Of a stretch of 64,000 bases of DNA, positions 10,685 to 20,167 are shown one piece after another. The position numbers and the translations under genes were made by a program. The first letter of the stretch is position 1. Every line of letters begins with the position of its first letter. A model generated the notes under the pieces. That model made no database searches. It had not been told where the DNA came from and saw nothing but the letters and a program-made list of their open reading frames with translations. The stretch is from a virus (Duplodnaviria > Caudoviricetes): the IMG/VR virus record IMGVR_UViG_3300033075_001674, positions 44,476 to 108,475 of that record. One strand, given 5' to 3'.

Positions 10685-11295
10685 CGGGGGAGGCCGAAGG
10701 GGGAGGAGTTACCCCCCCTGTTCTGCGTTTGCAGGAGCACGTCCTGCTCCCGGACGGCCACGTATCGGCTCACCGCGCGAAGACCGGCTTCGATCTTGGA
10801 GCGGAACGCCTCCAGCAGGTTGAGGGTCTGCCGCTCGATCTGTGCCCTGTACTCAGCCTCCACCACCGCGGGGTGAGTGATGACCGTGGTGTCGAGCTCC
10901 TCCTGGGTCCTGATCTCCTTCGTCTTGTAGCGGTGGTAGCCGTTCTTCCGGACGAAGGCTTTCGCCGCTGTCAGCGCGTTCTCCGCCCCGAGCAAGGCGT
11001 TCTTCGTCACGGCTACCTTTGTGACGATGATGCCGTGCCAGTAGAGAAGCTCGTTGTTGATGCGCTCGTACTCCGCGGTGCTGCTCCTGCCGAGCACCTC
11101 CAGGTTCACCGTCGGGAACTCTCGCTCTGCCTTGGTGTTGAGCAGGGAGTCTACGGGGATCCCGCCCTCCACAAGGCGCTCCCGAACGGTGGAGTCCGTG
11201 CTCTGGAAGAGATCAATCCGGGCCTGGATCTCACTGTCGGGGACGAGGGTTCCCTGCAGCCTGGGCAGCCCGGTGCTGCTGTCGTAATCGCTCAT
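10681..11295 (-). CDS. Helical protein, possible UvsY-like recombination mediator
   Basis: ATG 11295 overlaps upstream stop; long amphipathic helices; sits between nuclease and resolvase. Confidence 0.4.
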   Translation of the reverse strand: MSDYDSSTGLPRLQGTLVPDSEIQARIDLFQSTDSTVRERLVEGGIPVDSLLNTKAEREFPTVNLEVLGRSSTAEYERINNELLYWHGIIVTKVAVTKNALLGAENALTAAKAFVRKNGYHRYKTKEIRTQEELDTTVITHPAVVEAEYRAQIERQTLNLLEAFRSKIEAGLRAVSRYVAVREQDVLLQTQNRGGNSSPFGLPR

Positions 11296-12080
11296 TTCTT
11301 CCACTCCCACTGGGTTGGGGTCGCAGGTGAGCCGCTGTCCCTGCACAGGTGCCGGTAGCTGCAGGCCATGCAGGTGCCTGACTTCGCGGCCCCCGGCAGG
11401 CTGTAGGGGTTCGTCTCGGCGTTGGCTTGCAGGATGCGTTGGCGCAGCTTGTCCCAGCGCCCGTGCTCGAACACGTAGGTGAAGGGGACCTTGAACGGGG
11501 TCCACTCCCCGGAGGACTTGCTGACGTAGGCGAAGTACATCAGGGGTAGGTCCAGGGCGGCCATGTAGACCGTGGCCTGGTCCAGGTGCTCCTCCTTGGG
11601 CTCCGTTATCTTCTTCCAGGCGTCGTGGTCCTCCGTCTTGATCTCCAACCCGATGCGGGCGATAGGCGCCCCCTCATCGTTGTGGAAGGTGAACACCCCG
11701 TCGGCCTTGCTGCGCAGGTTGAGCTCCTTTCCAAGAGAGGTGTCCGCCAGCTCCACCTCCTCCTCGAAGGAGATGTTGCCGGTCTTAGCCCCCACCTTGA
11801 GGGCGCTCTGCACCATGTCGTGGATGGCGTGGCCCAGGGCGAACCTCTTCTTGAGGTCCACGTTTTTCAGCGAAGGGGGGCCGACCTTGGATGCCCCGTT
11901 CAGGGTGAAGCGGACCTTGCGGACGCAGCTGGCCACCTCGCTGGCGTGAACACCGGGTAGCCTCGCTGGTTTGCTGGCCTCCTGCTCACGCAACCCCTTG
12001 TCGTAGAGTGGTTTGGGGTTGAACGCAGGGTCCTGCAGGATGGCGAAGGCGATTTTTGTGTCTGCGATGGATAGGAACAT
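11292..12080 (-). CDS. Cas4-like / PD-(D/E)xK exonuclease with Fe-S cysteines
   Basis: HASEVASC, GHAIH, ADG...EIKT, QATVY, CxxCxYxxxC; no CRISPR array nearby. Confidence 0.85.
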   Translation of the reverse strand: MFLSIADTKIAFAILQDPAFNPKPLYDKGLREQEASKPARLPGVHASEVASCVRKVRFTLNGASKVGPPSLKNVDLKKRFALGHAIHDMVQSALKVGAKTGNISFEEEVELADTSLGKELNLRSKADGVFTFHNDEGAPIARIGLEIKTEDHDAWKKITEPKEEHLDQATVYMAALDLPLMYFAYVSKSSGEWTPFKVPFTYVFEHGRWDKLRQRILQANAETNPYSLPGAAKSGTCMACSYRHLCRDSGSPATPTQWEWKK

Positions 12081-12099
12081 GCTCCCTCAGGAGCATGAG

Positions 12100-12276
12100 T
12101 AAGCGGCGCTCGAACGGCTCGCTACCGTGGGTGGGACAGCGGGTGACCGGCCCATCCTGGATGACCCGGCTGTTGCACCTCGGGCAGCGAACCTCGGACG
12201 CGATCTTCCCCGTGTGCGGGGTGTCGGTCTCGACGGCGTACTTGCTCATGCCTTCGTTGTCGTTGTGGTTGTGCAT
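12100..12276 (-). CDS. Small zinc-ribbon protein (58 aa if TTA is stop)
   Basis: CPRC...CPTHGSEPFERR then in-frame TTA; TATTCT-N6-ATG upstream; track ORF would overlap the nuclease gene by 95 bp. Confidence 0.6.
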
Positions 12277-12293
12277 GCGTCCAGAATAGACGC

Positions 12294-12806
12294 TTACTTG
12301 GCTTCGTACCAGGACTGGGCGAGCGTGGGCTCAGCCTTGAGCTTCACTCGCATCTTGTGGTTGAGCTTGCGGAACGGATCCTCCATGCAGCACTTGAGCA
12401 TGCGCATGGCCTCCTCCTTGGTGTCCTCGGGCCCCTCGGTTATGAGCTCGTCGTGAATCTGGGCGAGCACGTTCCATCCGAGGCGCGTATCGAACCCGTT
12501 GTCGTAGAGCTGGATCATGGCCATCTTCGCGCACTCCGCGGCCGACCCCTGGATCTGGAAGTTGGCTGCCTGCCTCCCAGCCCTCCAGCGCTCGAACTCG
12601 TTCGGGCTGCGGGCCTCGGGCAATGACCGCCTCCGACCCAGGATGGTCAGCACGTAGAGGTGCTTGTTCAGGAACTCTTGCGTCTCGGAGAAGAAACGCT
12701 CGACCGCCGGGTAGGTGTCCATGTACTTGCGCATGAGCGCCTCGGCCTCCGTGAGGGAGATGCCGAGGGTGAGGGCCAGCTTCCTCACCTGCATTCCGTA
12801 GTTCAG
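12294..12806 (-). CDS. polA: Family A DNA polymerase, exon 2
   Basis: LNYG, TILGRRR, AANFQIQGSAA, QIHDEL (motif C). Confidence 0.92.
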   Translation of the reverse strand: MNYGMQVRKLALTLGISLTEAEALMRKYMDTYPAVERFFSETQEFLNKHLYVLTILGRRRSLPEARSPNEFERWRAGRQAANFQIQGSAAECAKMAMIQLYDNGFDTRLGWNVLAQIHDELITEGPEDTKEEAMRMLKCCMEDPFRKLNHKMRVKLKAEPTLAQSWYEAK

Positions 12807-13538
12807 CGTAGGACTCCCCTGTTTCCAGGGGTACTGACTATGCCTTCGTGGCCCCGCACCCCTTGCACCGAAGCTGCCTGGCTCCGGTTGGGGTGAACAC
12901 ACCGCCGCAAGAAGAACAAGAACGATTCCGAAACACGACCCGAGCCGGCAGATTGCTGGCGCAGCCGTGCAGAAGCTGGTGGCATCGTTTACACATGGGC
13001 TGGAGGTTGGCAGGGTCGTTGTTGGACCTGTCCTCGTCCCTGTGGTGCACGAGCACCGCTCGCTCTCCGCACCCACACGTTGTGCCGTGGGCGCGGAAGC
13101 ACAGCTCTCGGTAGTACGCGGGAGAGCGCCCCCCTGACCAGACAGGGTTCTTCTCTCCTCGCTGATCCCGAGACCGCTTCGGTACGTTCTTCTCTCTCCA
13201 CTCTTGCTGGAGCTTTTGAGCGCGTGACTTCCGGCATACGGGACACCTCGGACAGTTCGCCCCCGTGGGAGTGAACGCCGACCCGCAGCCGCACCGTTTC
13301 GGTTCGTACACTTTCCGTTGAAGCATACCCCGGTGTAGCGCTTTGACGGGACAACGCCCCCCGTATCAAGGATGCCGTGGGCATGACTAGCCTCGCACCT
13401 GCGTGTGCGCATCCTTGAGGGCCGGTGCCGGCCCAAGTCGATACGCTCCTCGGTGGGGAGGAGCACGGTGTTGCCGTGGGCTTTCGCCGTTAGGGTTCGC
13501 CGTTTTGAGGGGGTTTTAGTACGGCCCAACATTCGTCA
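12807..13538 (-). mobile_element. Group I intron (732 nt) in DNA polymerase motif B
   Basis: Removal restores KTIAYG|LNYG; P1 exon GUACGGU pairs with GCCGUAC (U-G at splice site); P3 CCCCCUC/GGGGGG; P7 GACU/AGUC with GAAGGCAUAGUC; P9 CCCCUG-GAAA-CAGGGG; terminal G. Confidence 0.9.
12838..13326 (-). CDS. Intron-encoded HNH homing endonuclease
   Basis: VHHRDEDRSNNDPANL..MCKRCH..H; GEKNPVWSGG; flanking Cys ribbons; lies in P8 loop. Confidence 0.88.
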   Translation of the reverse strand: MLQRKVYEPKRCGCGSAFTPTGANCPRCPVCRKSRAQKLQQEWREKNVPKRSRDQRGEKNPVWSGGRSPAYYRELCFRAHGTTCGCGERAVLVHHRDEDRSNNDPANLQPMCKRCHQLLHGCASNLPARVVFRNRSCSSCGGVFTPTGARQLRCKGCGATKA

Positions 13539-14993
13539 ACCGTACGCGATCGTCTTCACAGCTTGCCGTTGGCGGAGTGCTTCGATCGCCCAGGCGTCCA
13601 AGTGCGTGAGCTTGCCGGATTTGAGGTCCTTCTCCAGGGCCTTGGCCTCTTTGAGCTTCTCGTAAGGGGTGCCAAACACGAAGCTCGCGTTCCCCATGTG
13701 AGCGTCCAGCCCCTGCTCGAAGATGCGCAACATCTTCTCGTCGCCACTGGCCTCCGCCAGAAGCATCATCTCCAGCGCGGTGTAGTCGGCTACACCCAGG
13801 CAGTACCCTTTCATGTTCGCCACGATGGCGCGTCGAATGCCGAAGACGTCGTGATCCGGGTGCACGATGTTTTGTGCGTTGGGGTTCTTCGACGACAGGC
13901 GACCCGTCACCGCCTCGTTCTGGTTGTAGGATGGGTGGATGCGCCCGTAGTTGTCCGCAGCGGCGAGCGCCTTGAGGAAGGTGCCTTTGAGGTTGTGCAA
14001 GTGCTTGGCCTCGACGATGAGCTTTGCTGCAGGGTCTCCGGTCTCCAGGGCCAGCTCTTCCAGCACGCCTTTCTCCGTGGATGGCTTCTGGACCCCAGTC
14101 TTGCCGCCGCTCGTCCATTTGCGGATCGTGTACCCCCTCTCTTCGTAGAGGTAGTGGGCGATCTGCTCGCTTGCGTGGGGGCTGATGGGCCGCCCCACCG
14201 CCTGAGTCAGCCGCCGGATGACCGTCTCCTCTTCCTTCGTGATCTCGTTGTGGAGACGCTCCACCTCCTTCTGGTCCACCCCCAGACCGAGGCGCTCGTT
14301 GATCCAGAGGACCCGGGTGAAGGGGGCCTCGGTGAGATCGAAGTAGTCCCAGAGGTTCCGGATCTTGTCCTGCACCACGCTCCAGGTGGGCGTCGCCTCC
14401 ATGCGCTTGCGCAGCTCCTTGTAGAGCATCAGCGTCCCATAGGCGTCGTTGCAGATGTACTCCAGGAGGCGGTTGAGGTCGGTCTTCTCGGCCGCTCGCA
14501 GGCGAGCAGCGATGGTGTCGTTCGGGTCGCGCGAGTTGGTCTTACCGAAGGTCTCCTCGAAGCCTGCCCAGGTCCAACCGAAGATCTGGTAGTGGATGTC
14601 CTTCAGCTTGTGGCTCATGTCCTCGTACAGCAGAGCGTGTTGCACGGCGATGTCGTTGATCACCCCACGCAGCTGCACCCCGCTGTTGGCGAGCATGTGG
14701 AGGTCGAACTTTGCGTTCGCCAGAAGCCAGCGCCGATCCGGGGATGAACGCATCAGCCGGGTGTACCTTGCGAGCAGGTCAGACCGAAGACCCATCCTTC
14801 GGATGCCGCTGTCGGTCTCAGCGGCGAGGGACCAGTAGACCACGTAGTCCTTCATGTTGTGGAGGCCGGTGGTCTCGGTATCGATGGCGATCTCCTTGCA
14901 TCGACTCAGGATGTTGCCCAGCTCCGTGAGGGCGCGCTCGGAAGAGTCGCCGGTGTACCACTCCGCTGCCGGCATGTTCACGTGAATAGCCAT
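13539..14993 (-). CDS. polA: Family A DNA polymerase, exon 1 (3'-5' exonuclease and polymerase motifs A/B)
   Basis: IDTETTG, NAKFD, Y..ND (Exo I-III); TGRLSSKNPNAQN; ADYTALE; RQAVKTIAYG; RBS AGGAG. Confidence 0.92.
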
Positions 14994-15003
14994 GCTTGCT
15001 CCT

Positions 15004-15055
15004 AAAAAGAAGCCCATCCCCAGACACCCGTGAAGGCATGTCTGGGGATGGGCTT
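15004..15055 (-). terminator. Intrinsic terminator after SSB gene
   Basis: 17-bp perfect stem aagcccatccccagaca/tgtctggggatgggctt followed by a T tract on the minus strand. Confidence 0.8.
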
Positions 15056-15078
15056 TGGTCAGGGTTACCTGCTCTGGA

Positions 15079-16194
15079 TCAGAACGGCATGTCGTCCGAG
15101 AGGTCCTCCGGCGGAGGCATCACGACCTGGGTGCTGCCGTGCGAGGCCATCGCGGGGGGCTTGCCGAAGACCTTCGCCTGCTGCTGGGCGGTGGCGGGGG
15201 CCATCTTCTCCAGCAAGTCAGCCGTCTCGAACAGCGCAGGATCGAACCGCAGCTCCTTGTTCGGGAGTCGCTCATCCTTCATCTCCGCCAGCGGCCTCCA
15301 GTCCTTCAGCGTGTAGGCGTAGGGGGGGCGCTGCCCAGGCTTGGCGGGAGCCCCGGCGACGATCGCCTCCAGCCGAACCGCGGTGTTGAACAGGTGGGCA
15401 CGGCTGGCCTTCGACTCGCAAGCCGCACACACGTCACCGTCAGGGGTCGGCATCACCGTGTCCTCGGCCTTGCACACCACGCAGTACCGGCGCAGCTTCT
15501 CGTCGATGCTCGCTCCGGAGTCAACTCCAGCCCCCCCGAAGAACATCGCGAGGCGAGCCCGGCTGAGAGAGAACAGGAAGGCCATGCCGTGCTTCTGCTT
15601 GAGCTTCTGCAGGGCCTCCTTCCCCTGGGGGGTGCGGAAGTCGGGGAGGCGGGGGTCGCCGCGGAGAACCCACTCCCCGTAGGGGATGTTGGTGGCGGGG
15701 TTCACGTTCTTGCCGGCGACCTCGAAGAAGGTCTCCAGCACGGACATCGAGAGACCGAAGTCCTCGCTGCGGCCCACGGGCCCCTTGTTCTCGTAGTGCC
15801 CCCTGCCGGTCACGGGGTCGTCGATCCACTCGCGGTTGCGGAAGTAGTCCTCGCAGCCGGAGCAGAGCTGGGATGCCAGCTCGGGGTTGTGGTAGTCCGG
15901 ACCTCCCGAGCAGTTGAGGAAGGTGCGCTTTCCGGCGTGGTAGTGCCGGAAGATGCGGAGGAACGGACGGATCACGCGGGTCTCGTTCTTCTCCCGGTCG
16001 ATAAAGATGTTCTCCCACTCCCCGTAGTGGAAGACCGCCCAGAAGGGCACGCCCATCTGGGGCTGGAAGTTGCGCAGGAAAGGCGTGCGAGCCTTCCCGC
16101 CGCCCCTCCCGGCTCCGGGGAGGTCAGCGAGGCCGGAGCTGGAGCCTCCGCCGAGGGAGGGGTAGTCATTGGGGTTCTTTCCGAAAGTGGTCAT
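15079..16194 (-). CDS. Single-stranded DNA-binding protein (gp32-like, zinc-binding)
   Basis: Acidic DLSDDMPF C-terminus; H..C...CxxC; between primase and polymerase. Confidence 0.65.
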   Translation of the reverse strand: MTTFGKNPNDYPSLGGGSSSGLADLPGAGRGGGKARTPFLRNFQPQMGVPFWAVFHYGEWENIFIDREKNETRVIRPFLRIFRHYHAGKRTFLNCSGGPDYHNPELASQLCSGCEDYFRNREWIDDPVTGRGHYENKGPVGRSEDFGLSMSVLETFFEVAGKNVNPATNIPYGEWVLRGDPRLPDFRTPQGKEALQKLKQKHGMAFLFSLSRARLAMFFGGAGVDSGASIDEKLRRYCVVCKAEDTVMPTPDGDVCAACESKASRAHLFNTAVRLEAIVAGAPAKPGQRPPYAYTLKDWRPLAEMKDERLPNKELRFDPALFETADLLEKMAPATAQQQAKVFGKPPAMASHGSTQVVMPPPEDLSDDMPF

Positions 16195-17164
16195 GGGGAG
16201 TCCTTGTGGGGGAAATGTAGGGGGCGCAATGGATGGCCGATTCGGCCTGCGCACGTGTAAGGGTGTCAGGTTGGGGGGTTGGGTACTCGGGGACACGCAC
16301 CGAGCAGCCGGTGTTCGCGAGACGCTCGCCGATGGCGAACTTCTTCTTGCCGGCAGCATCGTTGTCCAAGAAGAGGTACAGCGTGCCCCCGAGGCGCTCA
16401 AGCAGAGCGTGTTGCTGCTCGGACATTGACGAGCCGAGTAGCGCGACCGTGTTCGTGAAGCCGAGCTGCACCAGCCACATGCATGCCTTGAACCCCTCCA
16501 CCACAAGGATGGGGGCGTCGTAGACGTGCATGAGGGCAGACGCCACTCGGTCGTAGTTCCATATGATTTTTCCTTTCTCTTCCAGTGGGGTGCTCGTGAT
16601 CCCCCACGCCCCGTATTCCCGTTCTTTGTAGACTTTGTAGCGAGCCGGGTGGTCGTCCAGAGCTCGGCCGCTGAAGCCCACCAGGTTCCCCTGGAAGTCC
16701 CGGAGAGGGAACGTGATGCGCAGGTGCTTCTTGTCGTACCCCAGGTCGAAGGTCCTGAAGGTGCGGTAGCTGAACCCCCAGTCCAGGACGGCTTGCGGCA
16801 TCCCGGGGTGGGTGTCGAACAGGCCGAGCACGGACTCAGGGAGCCGGTACCGGGCTTCGATGCGCGGGTCCGTGAGATAGAACCTGCCCTTCGCGGGGCC
16901 CTGGACGTCGAGCTCCTCGAAGAGCTTGGACGAGAGCGTGTCTTCCGGGAGACAGAGCTTGGAGAGCAGCTTGCGCATGCCCCCACCCTCCCCGCAGGTG
17001 TGGCAGAACCACTGCCCCGTCTGGATCGAGAAGGCGAGGCTGCCCGTACGCTCGGGCCTCCCATCCTTCTGGTGGAACGGGCACACGACCATGAGGTCGT
17101 TGGGTCCGCTCCTCCTGCTCACCACGAAGAGGGCTCGCGCGAACGCCTCCAGCTCAGGACGCAC
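16166..17164 (-). CDS. DnaG-type primase
   Basis: CPFH...CHTC zinc finger; RITFP, GFSGRAL; TOPRIM VVEG and LDNDAAG. Confidence 0.9.
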   Translation of the reverse strand: MRPELEAFARALFVVSRRSGPNDLMVVCPFHQKDGRPERTGSLAFSIQTGQWFCHTCGEGGGMRKLLSKLCLPEDTLSSKLFEELDVQGPAKGRFYLTDPRIEARYRLPESVLGLFDTHPGMPQAVLDWGFSYRTFRTFDLGYDKKHLRITFPLRDFQGNLVGFSGRALDDHPARYKVYKEREYGAWGITSTPLEEKGKIIWNYDRVASALMHVYDAPILVVEGFKACMWLVQLGFTNTVALLGSSMSEQQHALLERLGGTLYLFLDNDAAGKKKFAIGERLANTGCSVRVPEYPTPQPDTLTRAQAESAIHCAPYISPTRTPHDHFRKEPQ

Positions 17165-18584
17165 TGCCCACCAGAGCGGTGATCTGGTCAGAGAGGGCGT
17201 CGTCGGCGGCTACCTTCTTCCGACGAGGCTTGGGCTGGGGCTCCGGTGGGGTGTAGGTCGGAGGGTCCATCGTGCTCTCGTCGTCCTCCTGAATGACTCG
17301 CTGAGCCTGGCTTTCCTGGATGGCTTCCAGGAAGGAGAAGTCGGTGCAGGGCACCGCGTTGATGCGGAAGTTGGGCACCGCGGTCTCCCGGGAGGTCCGC
17401 CAGAGGATGGTCGCCGTGTTGTCCACCTTCGAGGCCGCGACCCTCATCAGGTGCGTGCAGTCCTGCCCCACCGAGTCGGAGAAGGCCACGTCGTCGCTCT
17501 CCCCTTCGGTGTCATCGATCGCTGCCTTGTTGCTGACCTTACGGTTCGCCTGGATGGTCCCGAGCACAGGCACGTGTTCGTAGAGAGCTACGCTACGAAG
17601 CGCCCTGCTGATACCCTGCACCCTCTCGTGATCGGCCTTGGTTTTCTGGGGGCTGCTCATCAGGTAGATGCCGTCGACCACCACGATCCGGGGGCGGTAG
17701 TGACGGATCTTGCCGAGGAGCCAGGCCACGGAGTCCATCCGGGAGGGAGCGTCCTGCCCGCTGACGCAGATGAGCCGGTAGTTCATCTGCTGGACCATCA
17801 TCTCCACGTCGGCCACGGTCTGCTTCATCCGGGCGTAGTCGGAGTGGGACAGGTTGTAGGTAGTCAGGTCGGTGTACGGCAGGTTGGCGAGGAAGGCGAG
17901 GACGCGGCGCCAGATCTGCTCCTTCGGCATCTCCTTCGAGTAGACGAGCACGGGGTAGCCCGACAGGAAGTAGAACGACACGAAGAACAGGAGGAGGAAG
18001 CTTTTCTTGTTCTTCGGACGTCCGTAGAGGATCGCGTAATCCTCGTCCTCCATGCCGAGGGTCCAGCGGTTCCTGCGCAGCTCTGGCCAGGGCCAGGGGA
18101 GTACGGGCAGCTCCCCCCGCAATCCCTTGTCGTAGTTCTCCGCCGTGTCCCTGACGCCCGTATCCACCGAGCTGTCCGCGTTCTCGTGTCCCTGGTTCAG
18201 CAGCTCGGCTATCTGCTCCTGCACCCCTGCCAGGTAGGACAGGATGTTGGGGTTGTAGTTGTCGGTGAGGTCCCGGCTCATCCTCGCCCCGAGTGCCCGA
18301 GCCTCCCGTACCGCGCTCCCTTGCTTGCATGCCGCCACGAGGTCCTGGATGCGAGCGCTCCCGGGATCAGGGAGCTCGATCTCCGGGAAGTAGGAGGAGA
18401 CCATGCTGAGCGAAGGGGTCTGTCCTCTGGTGGCGGCGTTCTCGTAGTAGTCCTGCAGGAACCCGTAGACGATGTTCCCCTCACCGGTAGCCAGGTGTTT
18501 CTCCGACAGCCCCCGCGCAGCGAGATCGCCGAAGTTGCCCTCGCGGATGGTCTTGGAGAGCAGGATGAGGTCCAGGTTGCTCAC
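17154..18584 (-). CDS. DnaB-like replicative helicase
   Basis: Variant Walker A GRPKNKKS; SKEM; Walker B VVVDGIYLM; QANR. Confidence 0.85.
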   Translation of the reverse strand: MSNLDLILLSKTIREGNFGDLAARGLSEKHLATGEGNIVYGFLQDYYENAATRGQTPSLSMVSSYFPEIELPDPGSARIQDLVAACKQGSAVREARALGARMSRDLTDNYNPNILSYLAGVQEQIAELLNQGHENADSSVDTGVRDTAENYDKGLRGELPVLPWPWPELRRNRWTLGMEDEDYAILYGRPKNKKSFLLLFFVSFYFLSGYPVLVYSKEMPKEQIWRRVLAFLANLPYTDLTTYNLSHSDYARMKQTVADVEMMVQQMNYRLICVSGQDAPSRMDSVAWLLGKIRHYRPRIVVVDGIYLMSSPQKTKADHERVQGISRALRSVALYEHVPVLGTIQANRKVSNKAAIDDTEGESDDVAFSDSVGQDCTHLMRVAASKVDNTATILWRTSRETAVPNFRINAVPCTDFSFLEAIQESQAQRVIQEDDESTMDPPTYTPPEPQPKPRRKKVAADDALSDQITALVGSAS

Positions 18585-18928
18585 TTCGCGTCCTCCAGGA
18601 AGTCGTTGATGCTCGGAACGTTCACACCCCCTGGAGACGCCTTCTCCAGGGGGGAGGTGAAGACAGGAGGGGCAGCGGGGGTTTCCGTAGCGGGCGTCTC
18701 CGCAGGGGTGGTGGCGCCGACCATCTTGCAGACTTCGATCTCCACGAGGCGCACCAGCTTCGCGTGCAGCTCCCTGATCTCCGGCGTGATGGGCACCTTC
18801 CTTGGCACCCCGGGGATGACGACCTCCATCCCCTCGTAGAAGTGAACCGTTGCGGTGAGGGAGAGCCCCTCGAACGTCACGTTCGACGCTGCCGCCACGG
18901 TAGCCTTGCCCAGCAGTGCTTCAATCAT
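18581..18928 (-). CDS. Hypothetical protein
   Basis: Coupled ORF with RBS. Confidence 0.6.
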   Translation of the reverse strand: MIEALLGKATVAAASNVTFEGLSLTATVHFYEGMEVVIPGVPRKVPITPEIRELHAKLVRLVEIEVCKMVGATTPAETPATETPAAPPVFTSPLEKASPGGVNVPSINDFLEDAK

Positions 18929-19373
18929 GCGGTCTCCTCGTTGGCAGACCGTAGCGCTCGATGCGGGTGAACGAGGTGCTACGGGTAGTCAGAGTCTTCG
19001 CATCCTCCTCGGAGATCAAGTCTTCGCGCACCGCCTTGCGCAAAGCCTCGGAAGAAAGCGTGGGTTCCAGGTCCACCGAGCCACCGAGCTCGATGATCCG
19101 GTCGGGCCCCGCCTCCTCCATGAGCTTGCGGAGGGCCGGAGGGTTGATGCGCTGTGAGGAGGAGGTCTTCTGGAAGGGGCCGAGCGACTTGTCTCCGCGC
19201 CTCGCGTGGGTCTCCAGCGCATCCAGGGACTCTTTGAGTTCCTTGATCATGTCCTCCATGTGCTCCACGAGATCTGGGTTCATGGCGCAGAAGCGCTCCC
19301 AGGCCCTCTGCGCGGACTCGTAGCGTTCGAGGGCAGCTTGCTCTTCTTCGGTGTAGGGTTTGTTGTCTTCCAT
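18921..19373 (-). CDS. Hypothetical protein (150 aa)
   Basis: GGAGG RBS before MEDNKPY; coupled to neighbours. Confidence 0.65.
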   Translation of the reverse strand: MEDNKPYTEEEQAALERYESAQRAWERFCAMNPDLVEHMEDMIKELKESLDALETHARRGDKSLGPFQKTSSSQRINPPALRKLMEEAGPDRIIELGGSVDLEPTLSSEALRKAVREDLISEEDAKTLTTRSTSFTRIERYGLPTRRPHD

Positions 19374-20167
19374 CACGCCTCCCGTGAGATCTTCTCTCGA
19401 AGTTTCCACATGCTCAGCGCCCGCTGCAGGCAGCGGACCAGGACCATCTTCTCGCGATCGATATCCTCGCTGGCCCCGTAGGTCTGAACGTCTCGCATGC
19501 TGGGCCCCAGCAGCGCTCGGTACTCGACCACGTTGGGCTTCATGGGGTAGACCATCTGCCCCTTTGCCTTCCTGCCCCAGACCCCCTTGGGGGTGAGAGC
19601 GGGGACCTTGGTCATCCCGAGGATGGGGACCGGATACATCTTCCCCGGGGAGAGGTCTGCTGCACGAGGGTTGAGCGCCCGGAGGGCCCCCGTGCCGAGC
19701 GCGATGATCAAGAACGGATCGCGCAGGTACACCTCCTCGTGCAGGCGCTCCCTGCACGCATCGGTGGAGATCTTCTGGGGCTCCACGTCGCGCACTCGCT
19801 GCACGCCGTACTTGTCGAGCAAGGGGGCCTGGTTGGCCCCCAGGATGAGGGCACAACATCGACACGCCAGCGAGTGGGTGATGGCGTAGGGGATCTCCTT
19901 GTTTTCGGCCATCACGTTGTGGATCGGCTTGTACTTGCTGTGCGTACCGGGGGTCCCGGTGGCTTCCTCGCTCTCGCCCGCAGGCTCCACCACGAACAGG
20001 AGGCCTGGCGTAGGGACCACCTGCCCCAGAGCGATGCGCGGGGGGCTGAGCATGCGGCGCACATCCACGATGGTCCGCGCGTTACGAAGCGTGCCGAGGT
20101 GACATCGCGTGCATCCGTCCCACTTCAGCTCAAACTTGCGGGACAGCGTTGAGGGGTCGGTTGTCAA
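19373..20167 (-). CDS. Divergent family-4 uracil-DNA glycosylase-like protein
   Basis: CTRCHL; LFVVEPAGESE...G.P; CRERL.EE; IIALG. Confidence 0.7.
   Translation of the reverse strand: MTTDPSTLSRKFELKWDGCTRCHLGTLRNARTIVDVRRMLSPPRIALGQVVPTPGLLFVVEPAGESEEATGTPGTHSKYKPIHNVMAENKEIPYAITHSLACRCCALILGANQAPLLDKYGVQRVRDVEPQKISTDACRERLHEEVYLRDPFLIIALGTGALRALNPRAADLSPGKMYPVPILGMTKVPALTPKGVWGRKAKGQMVYPMKPNVVEYRALLGPSMRDVQTYGASEDIDREKMVLVRCLQRALSMWKLREKISREA

Noticed and set aside
11292-12080. CRISPR-Cas locus
   Set aside because: No array or other cas genes seen.
13381-13395. Second S-like element (GAGGCTAGTC) suggesting a nested intron
   Set aside because: It lies inside the stem closed by tcaaggatgc/gcatccttga; the element at about 12836-12847 fits P7, P9 and the terminal G.
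12294-13532. 412-aa track ORF as a separate polymerase subunit or intein
   Set aside because: Its N-terminal part is translated intron sequence with no intein motifs; splicing restores motif B.
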